Shown here: piece after piece, positions 40,183-48,539 of the stretch
Numbering within the stretch: position 1 is the stretch's first letter
Layout: every line of letters begins with the position of its first letter
Assembly (NCBI GenBank): GCA_018780415.1
Contig: JADMJQ010000084.1
Span: 1 to 52,721, forward strand
Source: Roseateles sp.
Lineage (GTDB): Bacteria > Pseudomonadota > Gammaproteobacteria > Burkholderiales > Burkholderiaceae_C
Direction: 5' to 3'
DNA length: 52,721 nt
Notes under the pieces: generated by a model
The model's input: only the letters and a program-made list of their open reading frames with translations
Database searches by the model: none
Told to the model about the DNA's origin: nothing
Made by a program: the position numbers and the translations under genes

Positions 40183-41220
40183 TCAGGGCAACTCATTGCG
40201 GGCGCGGATGACCAGATCGACCAAGTCAGAGCCACCGCTGGCGAAATTATTGCCGGGGTTGTGCGCGCTCTGCACCGCCACCGCATAGGGCTGACCATCC
40301 CAATAGCCCCAGAACGGGCCGCCGCTCTGGCCCGGCCACACATCGCCTTTGTGGCTCATGCTTTCATGCGAGTCCGGGCTCCAAAAATCGCCGTCCAACG
40401 CGATGCCGTTCTGCCAGATGGGGCGCTGGCTGCCGGTCAAATCACCGGGGTAACCCACATGGGTCCAGTAGGCGCCACCGTCCCAGCCGTCGTTATAGGA
40501 CTTGGTGCCCAGCCAGCCGGTCGCATTGCCGGTCGGCCTATCCAGCACCACCACCACATAGTCAAACTTGCCCTCGTTGTAATCAATGGTCGGCCCCTGC
40601 ACCTTCAGTTTGAAATAGGTCCGCACCGCAAACGCGCTGCCATAGGGCGCACTGCCGTTGTAGTACATCGGCGTGAACTTGAGCCAGCCGGTGGTGTTGT
40701 TGGGCCGCCAGTCGATCATGTGCGCGCAGGTCAACAAATGGCGCGGCCCCACCATCACGCCACTGCCCGAACCCAGCGAGCTTTCCACCCGCCCATTGCA
40801 GCGCCAGGGATAAGCGGTGCTGTAAAAAACCCGCCGCCCGTCGGCGCCAAAAATGGTCTTGGTGCCGGCTTGCTCCGCCATCAATTCACTGCGTTCGATG
40901 AACTTTGGCCGGCGCAAACTCGCCGGCTCGAGGCGGGCCGTGAACTCCAGATCCGCATGCTCGGGGATAAAGGCCTCGGTGCCGGCATCAATCGCGGCAC
41001 TGATCGTCACCCCCTTGGCCAGCGCGGCCACCTCAACGGCCTCAGAGCCCTTCGGATAGCTGCGGCCGTCCACCTCAATCATGGCCGGGGCTTGGCTCAG
41101 TAACTTCTCGACCATGCCCTGGCTCACCTTGGCCGCGGCTTTCTTGCCCTTGAGCTTGAGCACATCGGTGTCCAAGCTGGGTGGGCGGTACTCTTTGTTC
41201 AAGTCCAGATGCTCTTCCAT
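40183..41220 (-). CDS. Trypsin-like (V8/glutamyl-endopeptidase-like) serine protease
   Basis: LLTCAHM (His), FDY (Asp), GQSGGP (Ser); IFGADGR mature-start motif; AAGGAG RBS. Confidence 0.88.
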   Translation of the reverse strand: MEEHLDLNKEYRPPSLDTDVLKLKGKKAAAKVSQGMVEKLLSQAPAMIEVDGRSYPKGSEAVEVAALAKGVTISAAIDAGTEAFIPEHADLEFTARLEPASLRRPKFIERSELMAEQAGTKTIFGADGRRVFYSTAYPWRCNGRVESSLGSGSGVMVGPRHLLTCAHMIDWRPNNTTGWLKFTPMYYNGSAPYGSAFAVRTYFKLKVQGPTIDYNEGKFDYVVVVLDRPTGNATGWLGTKSYNDGWDGGAYWTHVGYPGDLTGSQRPIWQNGIALDGDFWSPDSHESMSHKGDVWPGQSGGPFWGYWDGQPYAVAVQSAHNPGNNFASGGSDLVDLVIRARNELP

Positions 41221-41665
41221 AACCTACTCCTTAACCGGTATGGGCATGGCCGTACCAGCGACATTGCCTACTCTGTAACCCTTTTCGGCGACGGGGTGCC
41301 TCAGCGTTAGGGCGGTGTGCTTCACCGCGCTTTGTCAAAACCGCTTCACACGTTGCACGCACGTTGGCGGTAGTCCCAGCGATCAAAAGAACCTGCCTCA
41401 AAAAGCCGCCATTGCAATGATGGCTGGAGGTTCGGAATGGCCCGAATGCTAGTCCTGAGCGGGTCCGGCGCAACCCCCTAGATTGGCCCGCTGAGCACCA
41501 AGCGCAGGGGTCTGATCTGATCGGCTCATGCACGCCGCCGCCCAAGCGCTGCTTCCCGCCATTCAACGCCGCCGAGCACCATTCGCCGCTTGATGCCGCT
41601 GCGTGCAGCCGGCGCTGACCATAATCCGCTCCAGTTCAAAACACCCATAAAGATGGAGGCTGGAA

Positions 41666-43195
41666 ATGAGACAACGAAGACATGCAGGGCTGCTGCGCCG
41701 AGGGGCGCGTATAGGCGCGGTGGCCGGGCTGGCCCTGGCTTTGGCAGCCATCGGCGGCAAGCCCGCCGCAGCGGCGGGCGGCCCGACTGACAGCATCACC
41801 CGCCCCTGCCGCATCGAAGGCATGCCCAATGAGCTGCAATGCGGGTCGATCAAGCGCCCGTTGAATCCGGCCGCGCCGGACGGCACGCAGATCGATATCC
41901 ACTTCCTGGTCGTGCCGGCGATGGCACGCAACAAACAGCCGGAGCCAGTGCTGATGCTGGCCGGCGGCCCCGGCCAAAGCGCCATGGCGGTGGCGCCTAT
42001 CGTGATGAGCCGGCTGGCCCGGCTGAACAACCGCCGCGATATCGTCTTCATCGACCAGCGCGGCACCGGCAAGTCGGCGCCGCTGCAATGCGCCGACGAG
42101 CGCGACCTGCCGACACCCGAGGCGCTGGACGCCAAGGCGCAGCTCAAGCGGCTGGAGACCTGCCGCCAGGACCTCGCCAAACTGCCGCACGGCGATCTGC
42201 GTTTTTACTCGACCACGATCGCGATGCAGGACTTCGAGGCGGTGCGCGTGGCGCTGGGCGCGCCGCAATGGAATCTGGTCGGCGCCAGCTACGGCACCCG
42301 CGCCGCGCTGGAGTATTTGCGCCTGTTCCCGGCCCAGGTGCGGCGCACGGTATTGGACGGTGTGGCGCCGCCCGATATGGTCTTGCCGGCGAGCTTCTCG
42401 ACCGACGGCCAGGCCGCGCTCGATGCCGCCCTGCTGGCCTGCGAGAAAGACGCCATCTGCGCCGAGCAATTCCCGCGCCTGCGCCAGCAATGGGCGGCGC
42501 TGCTGCAGAGCACGCCGCGCACTATCAGCGTGCGCCATCCGCTGACCGGCCAGGCCGAGAGTTTTAGCTTGAGCCGCGAGATGCTTTTGCGCAGCGTGCG
42601 CCTGCCGCTCTATTCGCCGGCCTTAGCGGCCGCACTGCCTGCGGCCATCGCCGCGGCCAGCGCGGGCCAGTTTGAGGGCTTGATGGGCCTGTCCAGCGTG
42701 ATAGCTGGCGGCAAATCCAGCCGCTTGGCGATGGGCATGCATTTCTCGGTGGTCTGTGCCGAGGACGTGCCGCGTCTGGCCCAGAGCAGTGACCGGGCGG
42801 GCGCAGATTTCGGCCAGGCCGACGCCCTGCTCTACGCCCAAGTCTGCCAACAATGGCCACGCGCCGAGATCGCGCCGGCCTTCTACAGCATGCCGGCGAC
42901 GCGCTCGCCGGTGCTGCTGCTGAGCGGCGGTGCCGACCCAGCCACGCCGCCCCGCCACGGCGAGCGTGCCGCCAAGGCGCTGGCCGCCGCTAACGCCAAG
43001 TTGGTACAGCATGTGGTCGTGCCCGAGGCCGGCCATGGCGTGATGGGCGTGGGCTGCATGCGGGAGCTGCTGTTCCGCTTTATCGACGCCAAGACCGATG
43101 CATTGGCGCTGCCGCTGGACGCGGCCTGCGTCATCAAGATTCCGCGCCCCGGCGCCTTCCTGCCCGTGCAGACCAGCCAGGGAAAGCAGTCATGA
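41666..43195 (+). CDS. Secreted alpha/beta hydrolase, TAP-like (tripeptidyl aminopeptidase family)
   Basis: GGAGG RBS; signal peptide; LAGGPG, DQRGTG, GASYG, DPATP, GHG; several Cys. Confidence 0.88.
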   Translation: MRQRRHAGLLRRGARIGAVAGLALALAAIGGKPAAAAGGPTDSITRPCRIEGMPNELQCGSIKRPLNPAAPDGTQIDIHFLVVPAMARNKQPEPVLMLAGGPGQSAMAVAPIVMSRLARLNNRRDIVFIDQRGTGKSAPLQCADERDLPTPEALDAKAQLKRLETCRQDLAKLPHGDLRFYSTTIAMQDFEAVRVALGAPQWNLVGASYGTRAALEYLRLFPAQVRRTVLDGVAPPDMVLPASFSTDGQAALDAALLACEKDAICAEQFPRLRQQWAALLQSTPRTISVRHPLTGQAESFSLSREMLLRSVRLPLYSPALAAALPAAIAAASAGQFEGLMGLSSVIAGGKSSRLAMGMHFSVVCAEDVPRLAQSSDRAGADFGQADALLYAQVCQQWPRAEIAPAFYSMPATRSPVLLLSGGADPATPPRHGERAAKALAAANAKLVQHVVVPEAGHGVMGVGCMRELLFRFIDAKTDALALPLDAACVIKIPRPGAFLPVQTSQGKQS

Positions 43196-43983
43196 TCCAG
43201 ATTGACAACGTCAGCAAACATTTCGTCGCCAAAACCGGCGGCTCGCTCATGAAGCGGCCGGCCAAACAGATCGTGCAAGCGGTCAAGTCGGTGACGGTGA
43301 ACGCACCCAGTGGCCGCATCACCGGACTGCTGGGCCCCAACGGCGCCGGCAAGACCACCACCTTGCGCATGCTGGGCGGCTTGTTCACGCCCGACAGCGG
43401 CCGCATCACGGTCGACGATATAGCGGTGGCCGAGCAGCCGCGCCGGGCGCTGGCCCGCATGGGCATTCTGGGTGACGCGCACGGGCTCTACCCGCGCCTG
43501 TCGGCGCGCGAAAACATCATCTACTTCGGCCGCCTACAGGGCATGGAAGACGACGCCGCCAACGCCCGCGCCGAGGAGCTGGCACGGCTGTTGGACATGG
43601 GCAAGATCCTTGACCGCCGCGCCGAGGGCTTCAGCCAGGGCGAGCGGATGAAGACGGCGCTGGCGCGAGCGCTGGTGCATGACCCGGCCAATATCGTGTT
43701 GGACGAGCCAACCAATGGCCTCGACGTGCTGGCCACGCGGGCCTTGCGGGAGGCGCTGCGCCATCTGCGCTCGGCCAAGGGCGGCAGCAAATGCATCATC
43801 TTCTCCACCCACATCATGCAAGAGGTGGAGCAGCTTTGTGAGCATGTCGTCATCGTCGCCGATGGCCGCAGCGTGGCCGAGGGCTCGGTCGAGCAACTGC
43901 TCGAACAAGCGGGCGAGCGCAAATTCGAAGACGCTTTCGTCAAGCTGGCCTTCACACATGAACAAATAGGAGCGGCAGCATGA
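43192..43983 (+). CDS. ABC ATP-binding protein, NatA-like
   Basis: GPNGAGKTT, FSQGERMK, LDEPTNGLD, FSTH. Confidence 0.88.
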   Translation: MIQIDNVSKHFVAKTGGSLMKRPAKQIVQAVKSVTVNAPSGRITGLLGPNGAGKTTTLRMLGGLFTPDSGRITVDDIAVAEQPRRALARMGILGDAHGLYPRLSARENIIYFGRLQGMEDDAANARAEELARLLDMGKILDRRAEGFSQGERMKTALARALVHDPANIVLDEPTNGLDVLATRALREALRHLRSAKGGSKCIIFSTHIMQEVEQLCEHVVIVADGRSVAEGSVEQLLEQAGERKFEDAFVKLAFTHEQIGAAA

Positions 43984-45164
43984 GCACAGCCATGGCAAGA
44001 AATTTCTGGATTGTGCTGGTCAAAGAGGTCAAGGACGCCTTGCGTGACCGCCGCACCTTGCTGCGCCTGATGGTGCCGGCGGTGCTGATGGGGCCGCTGC
44101 TGCTGCTGGCGCTGTCGGGTTTTATTTCCTCGTTGGAGGAACGCGCCGACAAGCGCGAAGTGATGGTGGCCGGCATCGAGCATGCGCCCAGCCTGCGCAA
44201 CTATCTGGAGCGCCAGACCTACGCGATCAAGCAGGCGCCCACCGACTACGAAGCGCGCTTGCGCGGCACGCAGCTGCTGGAGCCGGTGCTGGTCATCGGC
44301 AAGGACTTCGAGGCCGAGTTGGGCAGCGGCCGCCAGCCGACCGTGGAATTGGTCAGCGACAGCGCAAATCAACGTGCCAGCAGCGGCCTTGGGGGCTTGA
44401 GCCGTTTGCTGAGCGGCTTCAACCGCGAGCGGTCGACGCTGAATATGGCGCTGCGCGGCGTCTCGACCGAACTGCTGCAGCCGGTCTTGGTGGAAGAGCG
44501 CGACCTGGCCAGCGCGCAAGCCCGCGCCACCCGTATCACCAGCATCATCCCGATGTTCATCATCATGGCCGTGCTCTATGGCGCGCTAACGGCCGCCCTC
44601 GACAGCACCGCCGGCGAGCGCGAACGTGGCTCGCTGGAGCCGCTGCTGATGAACCCGGTGCAGCACCTGGCCCTGGTGCTGGGCAAATGGGGTGCAGTGG
44701 CGCTGCTGGGCATGTTGGTGGCGCTGCTGGCCAGCCTGAGCTTCATCCCGGCGCAATGGCTGCTCAAGAGCGACAGCCTGCAGGCGATGTTCCAGTTCGG
44801 CGGCTACGAGGTGCTGGCCTTTTTGCTGCTGCAACTGCCGCTGGCGGCCGGCCTGGGTGCGGTGCTGATGGCGATGGCGATACGCTCCAAGAGCTTCAAG
44901 GAGGCGCAGGCCGGCAGCGGCTTGATCGTCACCTTGGTCGGCCTGGCGCCCATGGTCAGCATGCTCAACCCGGGCGGCGAAGCGGCCTGGTACTTGTGGG
45001 TGCCGGGGCTGGCCCAGAACACGCTGATGATGTTGGTGCTGAAGGGCGAGGCCTTGAGCTGGGCGCAAATCATGCCGGGCGTGTTGGTGGGGGCGGGCTT
45101 GACCGTCGGCTGCCTGCTGTTCGTCGCGAAGTCCATGCGCATGGCTGTCGCAGGGCACAAATAG
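43980..45164 (+). CDS. ABC permease, NatB-like
   Basis: KEVKDALRDRRT, AGERERGSLEPLL, KSFKEAQ. Confidence 0.88.
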   Translation: MSTAMARNFWIVLVKEVKDALRDRRTLLRLMVPAVLMGPLLLLALSGFISSLEERADKREVMVAGIEHAPSLRNYLERQTYAIKQAPTDYEARLRGTQLLEPVLVIGKDFEAELGSGRQPTVELVSDSANQRASSGLGGLSRLLSGFNRERSTLNMALRGVSTELLQPVLVEERDLASAQARATRITSIIPMFIIMAVLYGALTAALDSTAGERERGSLEPLLMNPVQHLALVLGKWGAVALLGMLVALLASLSFIPAQWLLKSDSLQAMFQFGGYEVLAFLLLQLPLAAGLGAVLMAMAIRSKSFKEAQAGSGLIVTLVGLAPMVSMLNPGGEAAWYLWVPGLAQNTLMMLVLKGEALSWAQIMPGVLVGAGLTVGCLLFVAKSMRMAVAGHK

Positions 45165-45203
45165 CATGGCTGTTTAGCGCCTTTGTTTGCAAATGGAGCT
45201 TTG

Positions 45204-46169
45204 ATGACGTTTCAGAAGATGAGCGGAGAGACTTTGCTGACCTTGTCCGGCGTGGGCAAAGCCTACCGGCGCGCTGGCAGGGAGGTGGCGGCCTTGAGCG
45301 ACTTCACAGCGAACATCAATGCGGGTGAGATCGTCGGTTTGCTGGGCCCCAATGGGTCCGGCAAGACGACCTTCGTCAAACTCGTGACGGGGATTAGCGC
45401 CGCCGACCATGGCTCCCTGCTATGGCGCGGCAAGGCGATGGCACAGTTGCGGCTGAAAGCCAATCTGCGCGAGATCGGCGTGCTGCTTGAGGGGCGAGGC
45501 GCGAGCTACGAGCGGCTCTCCACACTGGAGAATGCGCATTACTTTTGTGGGCTGCGTGAAGCCCGTTTTGATGGCCGCTACTTTGACGAATTGGCGGCCT
45601 TGCTCGAGATACCTGATGTCAATGCGCCCTTGCGCCAGCTATCAACCGGCAACAAGCTGCGCGCTGGCTTGCTGGGCTGCCTGATTCACCGGCCGGCACT
45701 GGCACTGCTGGACGAGCCCACCCTGGGGCTGGACTTGTTCGGCGTCGATGGTCTTGAAAAGCTGCTGCGTCATGGCGCGAATCAAGGCACGGCCTTCCTC
45801 GTCAGTTCGCACGACATCCATTTCATCGAGCGCCTGTGCCCGCGCATCATCTGCATTCGGCAAGGGCTGAAGGTGTTCGATGGCCCCAAGGCCGAGTTGG
45901 TATCGGCCGGGCATGAGTACATGCGCAAGATCAGCGCGAAGCAGGCTTGCTGGGTTGAGCTCAGCGCTGTCATCGAATCGCTGGCGATAGACGGGAGATG
46001 GCAAATGAGCACCGCGACATCCGGCCAACTGCCCTTGCGCGACTACCCTCAGGTCTGCGCCGTGCTGTCGGCGCTGCAAGCTCGGATGGGCGACTTGCTC
46101 GGCATCGAGCTGAGAAAGGTTTCGCTGCACGACAAATACCGGAGCCTGATCGGCGAGGCACTCTCATGA
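45204..46169 (+). CDS. ABC ATP-binding protein (multidrug/peptide-export type)
   Basis: GGAG RBS; GPNGSGKTT; atypical signature LSTGN; LLDEPTLGLD; SSHD. Confidence 0.88.
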   Translation: MTFQKMSGETLLTLSGVGKAYRRAGREVAALSDFTANINAGEIVGLLGPNGSGKTTFVKLVTGISAADHGSLLWRGKAMAQLRLKANLREIGVLLEGRGASYERLSTLENAHYFCGLREARFDGRYFDELAALLEIPDVNAPLRQLSTGNKLRAGLLGCLIHRPALALLDEPTLGLDLFGVDGLEKLLRHGANQGTAFLVSSHDIHFIERLCPRIICIRQGLKVFDGPKAELVSAGHEYMRKISAKQACWVELSAVIESLAIDGRWQMSTATSGQLPLRDYPQVCAVLSALQARMGDLLGIELRKVSLHDKYRSLIGEALS

Positions 46170-46930
46170 CGCGATGGTTGAACCACCTGTGCAACGAGTG
46201 CTTGCGCAAGCTTTACCTGATGCGGCGCTACTGGTTTGAGGCGCTGCTGAGCCTGGGACTGGTGCTGTTCCTGTTTGGCGGTCTGGTCTTCGCCGTCTTA
46301 TCAGTCAGCGGAGCCACGCTCGAGTCGGGGGACTTGGACGGCATGATTGTCGGCTTCGCCTTATGGCTCTTCGCCAATATGGCAATCGGTGGCGCGATGG
46401 GTGACGTGAGCGAAGAAACCGAACAACGAACACTTGAGCAAATATGCTTGAGTCCGCTGTCGCTTGAGGCGCTGCTCGGTGTGCGCGCGCTTCTTCAGTT
46501 AGCGGGCGGGCTCTTGCTGCTGGTGCTGACCCTGATGGTGATCGAAGTGTTGACCGACGGGCGCCTGCAAATGCAGTACCTGCCAACCCTGGGTGCGGCC
46601 TTGCTGGCGGCTCCCGCATTGATGGGTGTGGGTTTTGCACTCGCCGGTGTGGCGCTGCTGGCAAAGAAGGGGGAAGTTATTCAAGTCGTGACCTTCCCGC
46701 TGCTGCTCGGCCTGCTGGCATTGCCGGCGTTCCCGATCAACGCCCTGGCCTGGCTGCCTTTCGCGCTGGGCGCGGCGGCGGCCCGTGCGTCGGCCGCCGG
46801 TGCCATGCTGGGCCCGGATGTATTTGCCTTCATTTCTCTGAACGCCGCTGGCTACCTGGCAGCGGGCTTGATCATCTTTCGCAAGTTGGAACAGCGCGCG
46901 CGCAAGCTCGGGGTGCTGGGCCACTTCTGA
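46166..46930 (+). CDS. ABC-2-type permease
   Basis: About 6 TMs; EETEQRTLEQICLSP; ends ARKLGVLGHF; ATGA overlap. Confidence 0.8.
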   Translation: MTRWLNHLCNECLRKLYLMRRYWFEALLSLGLVLFLFGGLVFAVLSVSGATLESGDLDGMIVGFALWLFANMAIGGAMGDVSEETEQRTLEQICLSPLSLEALLGVRALLQLAGGLLLLVLTLMVIEVLTDGRLQMQYLPTLGAALLAAPALMGVGFALAGVALLAKKGEVIQVVTFPLLLGLLALPAFPINALAWLPFALGAAAARASAAGAMLGPDVFAFISLNAAGYLAAGLIIFRKLEQRARKLGVLGHF

Positions 46931-46968
46931 ATTCCGTTTGGGCGGCCCAGCGTTGCCTTATGCCCGCG

Positions 46969-47358
46969 TCAATGCAGGCCCAAGGCGCGCTGCACCTCGT
47001 ACTGCCAGGGCAAGGCATGCACGATCTCATTCAACTGGCGCGCCGACTCCAGTGGCGCCAGCACGTCACCCGCACGGTTGACAAACTGCAGATTGGTGAT
47101 CAAGGCCATCGGGTCGACCATGGCCACCACGCCAACGGGCAGACTGACCCAGTCCCAGGCCACGCCCGCGATCGCGCGCCCGTCGGCCCATTGCCATAGG
47201 GTTTGCCCCATGGCCGGGGTTTCATCGTCGCCGGTGACCAACACATGAGTGCTCAAATGCGCCAAATGCAAACTTGGCACATGCTGGGTTTCACACAAAA
47301 CTCGGGGCCATGCATACACAATCCAGGCAGGTGTCATATTTTTGATATCAATATTCAA
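46969..47358 (-). CDS. RsaM/DUF4902-like protein
   Basis: GQTLW...GVAWDW...ITNLQFVNRAG...LPWQYEV parallels the remembered RsaM pattern GYTEW...VGWDW...RSNVM..D..G...LDW..V; divergent from luxR. Confidence 0.6.
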   Translation of the reverse strand: MNIDIKNMTPAWIVYAWPRVLCETQHVPSLHLAHLSTHVLVTGDDETPAMGQTLWQWADGRAIAGVAWDWVSLPVGVVAMVDPMALITNLQFVNRAGDVLAPLESARQLNEIVHALPWQYEVQRALGLH

Positions 47359-47417
47359 ATACGCTTGTCAGCGCGGGCAACTGGATGGGAGTGTGCAGGC
47401 TGCTCAAACACCTCGCT

Positions 47418-47437
47418 AGCTGTAAACCTTGTCAGGG
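47418..47437. promoter_or_regulatory. lux-box-like site between the RsaM-like gene and luxR
   Basis: AGCTGTAAACCTTGTCAGGG; 13/20 identical to the 48221 box. Confidence 0.5.
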
Positions 47438-47497
47438 AGACAACGGATGGGCTTGGCCGCCAATTGGCGCTAAGCTGGTATGGAGGGAGGTTTTTCG

Positions 47498-48211
47498 ATG
47501 TTAGACGGGCGATACCAGTCGGTGCTTGAAGCTCGGAATCGGGATGTGTTCACGACAGAGCTTGAACATTTCACCAAGTCAATGGGCTTTGACAATTTCT
47601 CGGCCATGACGGTGGTGGATCATTCATTAGGGCGTTCTGATTTCATCAGTGTAGACAACTGCCCGAGTGGCTTTAGAGCGGCTATGGACAGCCCACAGCT
47701 GCACAGGCGTGATCCCGTCATGCAGCACTGCAAGCGGCAAAGCCTGCCCATTGTTTGGGATCAACGCACCTATCTGGCAAAAGATGCCGGCGATCTATGG
47801 GATGTGCAAGCGAGTTTTGGCTATCGCACAGGGATCGCGCTGGCCCTGCATCTGCCTGAGGGACGGCATTTCGTTTTAGGCATGGAACGGAGCGCCGCAT
47901 TGCCCTCAAATTCCGGGGAATTGACTCGCTTGGTTGCGGATATGCAGTTGTTTGCCGTTCACGCGATGGACTCTGCTTTGCGCGTGCTGCTGCCGCCCGA
48001 GCAACAGTTGGAACGCCCCCACCTGACGCCACGCGAGCTGGAAGCGTTGCGCTGGACCATGGACGGCAAGACCGCTTGGGAAGTGGGCGCCATTTTGAGC
48101 ATCAGCGAACGCACCGCCGTGCTGCATTTGGCCAATGCGATGCGAAAGCTTGGTTGCAACAACAAGCACCAAGCTGTTTTAAAAGCGATGCGCTTGGGGC
48201 TGATCCGTTAA
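47498..48211 (+). CDS. LuxR-family regulator with autoinducer-binding domain (LuxR solo)
   Basis: GGAGG RBS; DPVMQHC...LPIVW autoinducer domain; LTPRELEALRW...GKTAWEVGAILSISERT HTH; no luxI in window. Confidence 0.93.
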   Translation: MLDGRYQSVLEARNRDVFTTELEHFTKSMGFDNFSAMTVVDHSLGRSDFISVDNCPSGFRAAMDSPQLHRRDPVMQHCKRQSLPIVWDQRTYLAKDAGDLWDVQASFGYRTGIALALHLPEGRHFVLGMERSAALPSNSGELTRLVADMQLFAVHAMDSALRVLLPPEQQLERPHLTPRELEALRWTMDGKTAWEVGAILSISERTAVLHLANAMRKLGCNNKHQAVLKAMRLGLIR

Positions 48212-48220
48212 TCCCGACCT

Positions 48221-48240
48221 ACCTGTAAGAGTTGACAGTT
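48221..48240. promoter_or_regulatory. lux-box-like site upstream of the peptide operon
   Basis: ACCTGTAAGAGTTGACAGTT; 14/20 identical to the V. fischeri lux box ACCTGTAGGATCGTACAGGT with an intact CTGT-N8-ACAG dyad. Confidence 0.7.
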
Positions 48241-48311
48241 ACCAACTGCACCAACTGCTGCTGAAATTGCTTTGTGCCGATAACGAGCACTCCAAACCAT
48301 CGGAACCAGCC

Positions 48312-48467
48312 ATGCAAAACCAACAAACTCAGTCCTTGAATGCTCAACCCGTCCTCAACGATGGACCCATCGAGATCGATACGCAATTGCTGCATTTGGT
48401 AAGCGGCGGCGCAGGCAGTGCAGCGCCAACTGCAGGCGAATTGCCTTTGCCAAAAAGCGGGTGGTAA
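48312..48467 (+). CDS. Double-glycine leader precursor peptide (51 aa; predicted core AGSAAPTAGELPLPKSGW)
   Basis: Leader ...IEIDTQLLHLVSGG with hydrophobic residues at -4, -7 and -12; directly upstream of HlyD and the C39 transporter. Confidence 0.8.
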   Translation: MQNQQTQSLNAQPVLNDGPIEIDTQLLHLVSGGAGSAAPTAGELPLPKSGW

Positions 48468-48539
48468 GTCAGTCTCTCGCCTTGCTAGGGCGGACTGCGG
48501 GGGGGAATTGGGGCCCTTAGCCCCGGTTATCGTTCGCAC

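Noticed and set aside
48267-48311. Longer 66-aa version of the peptide from a TTG start
   Set aside because: ATG 48312 gives a typical leader length and leaves room for a promoter after the lux-like box.
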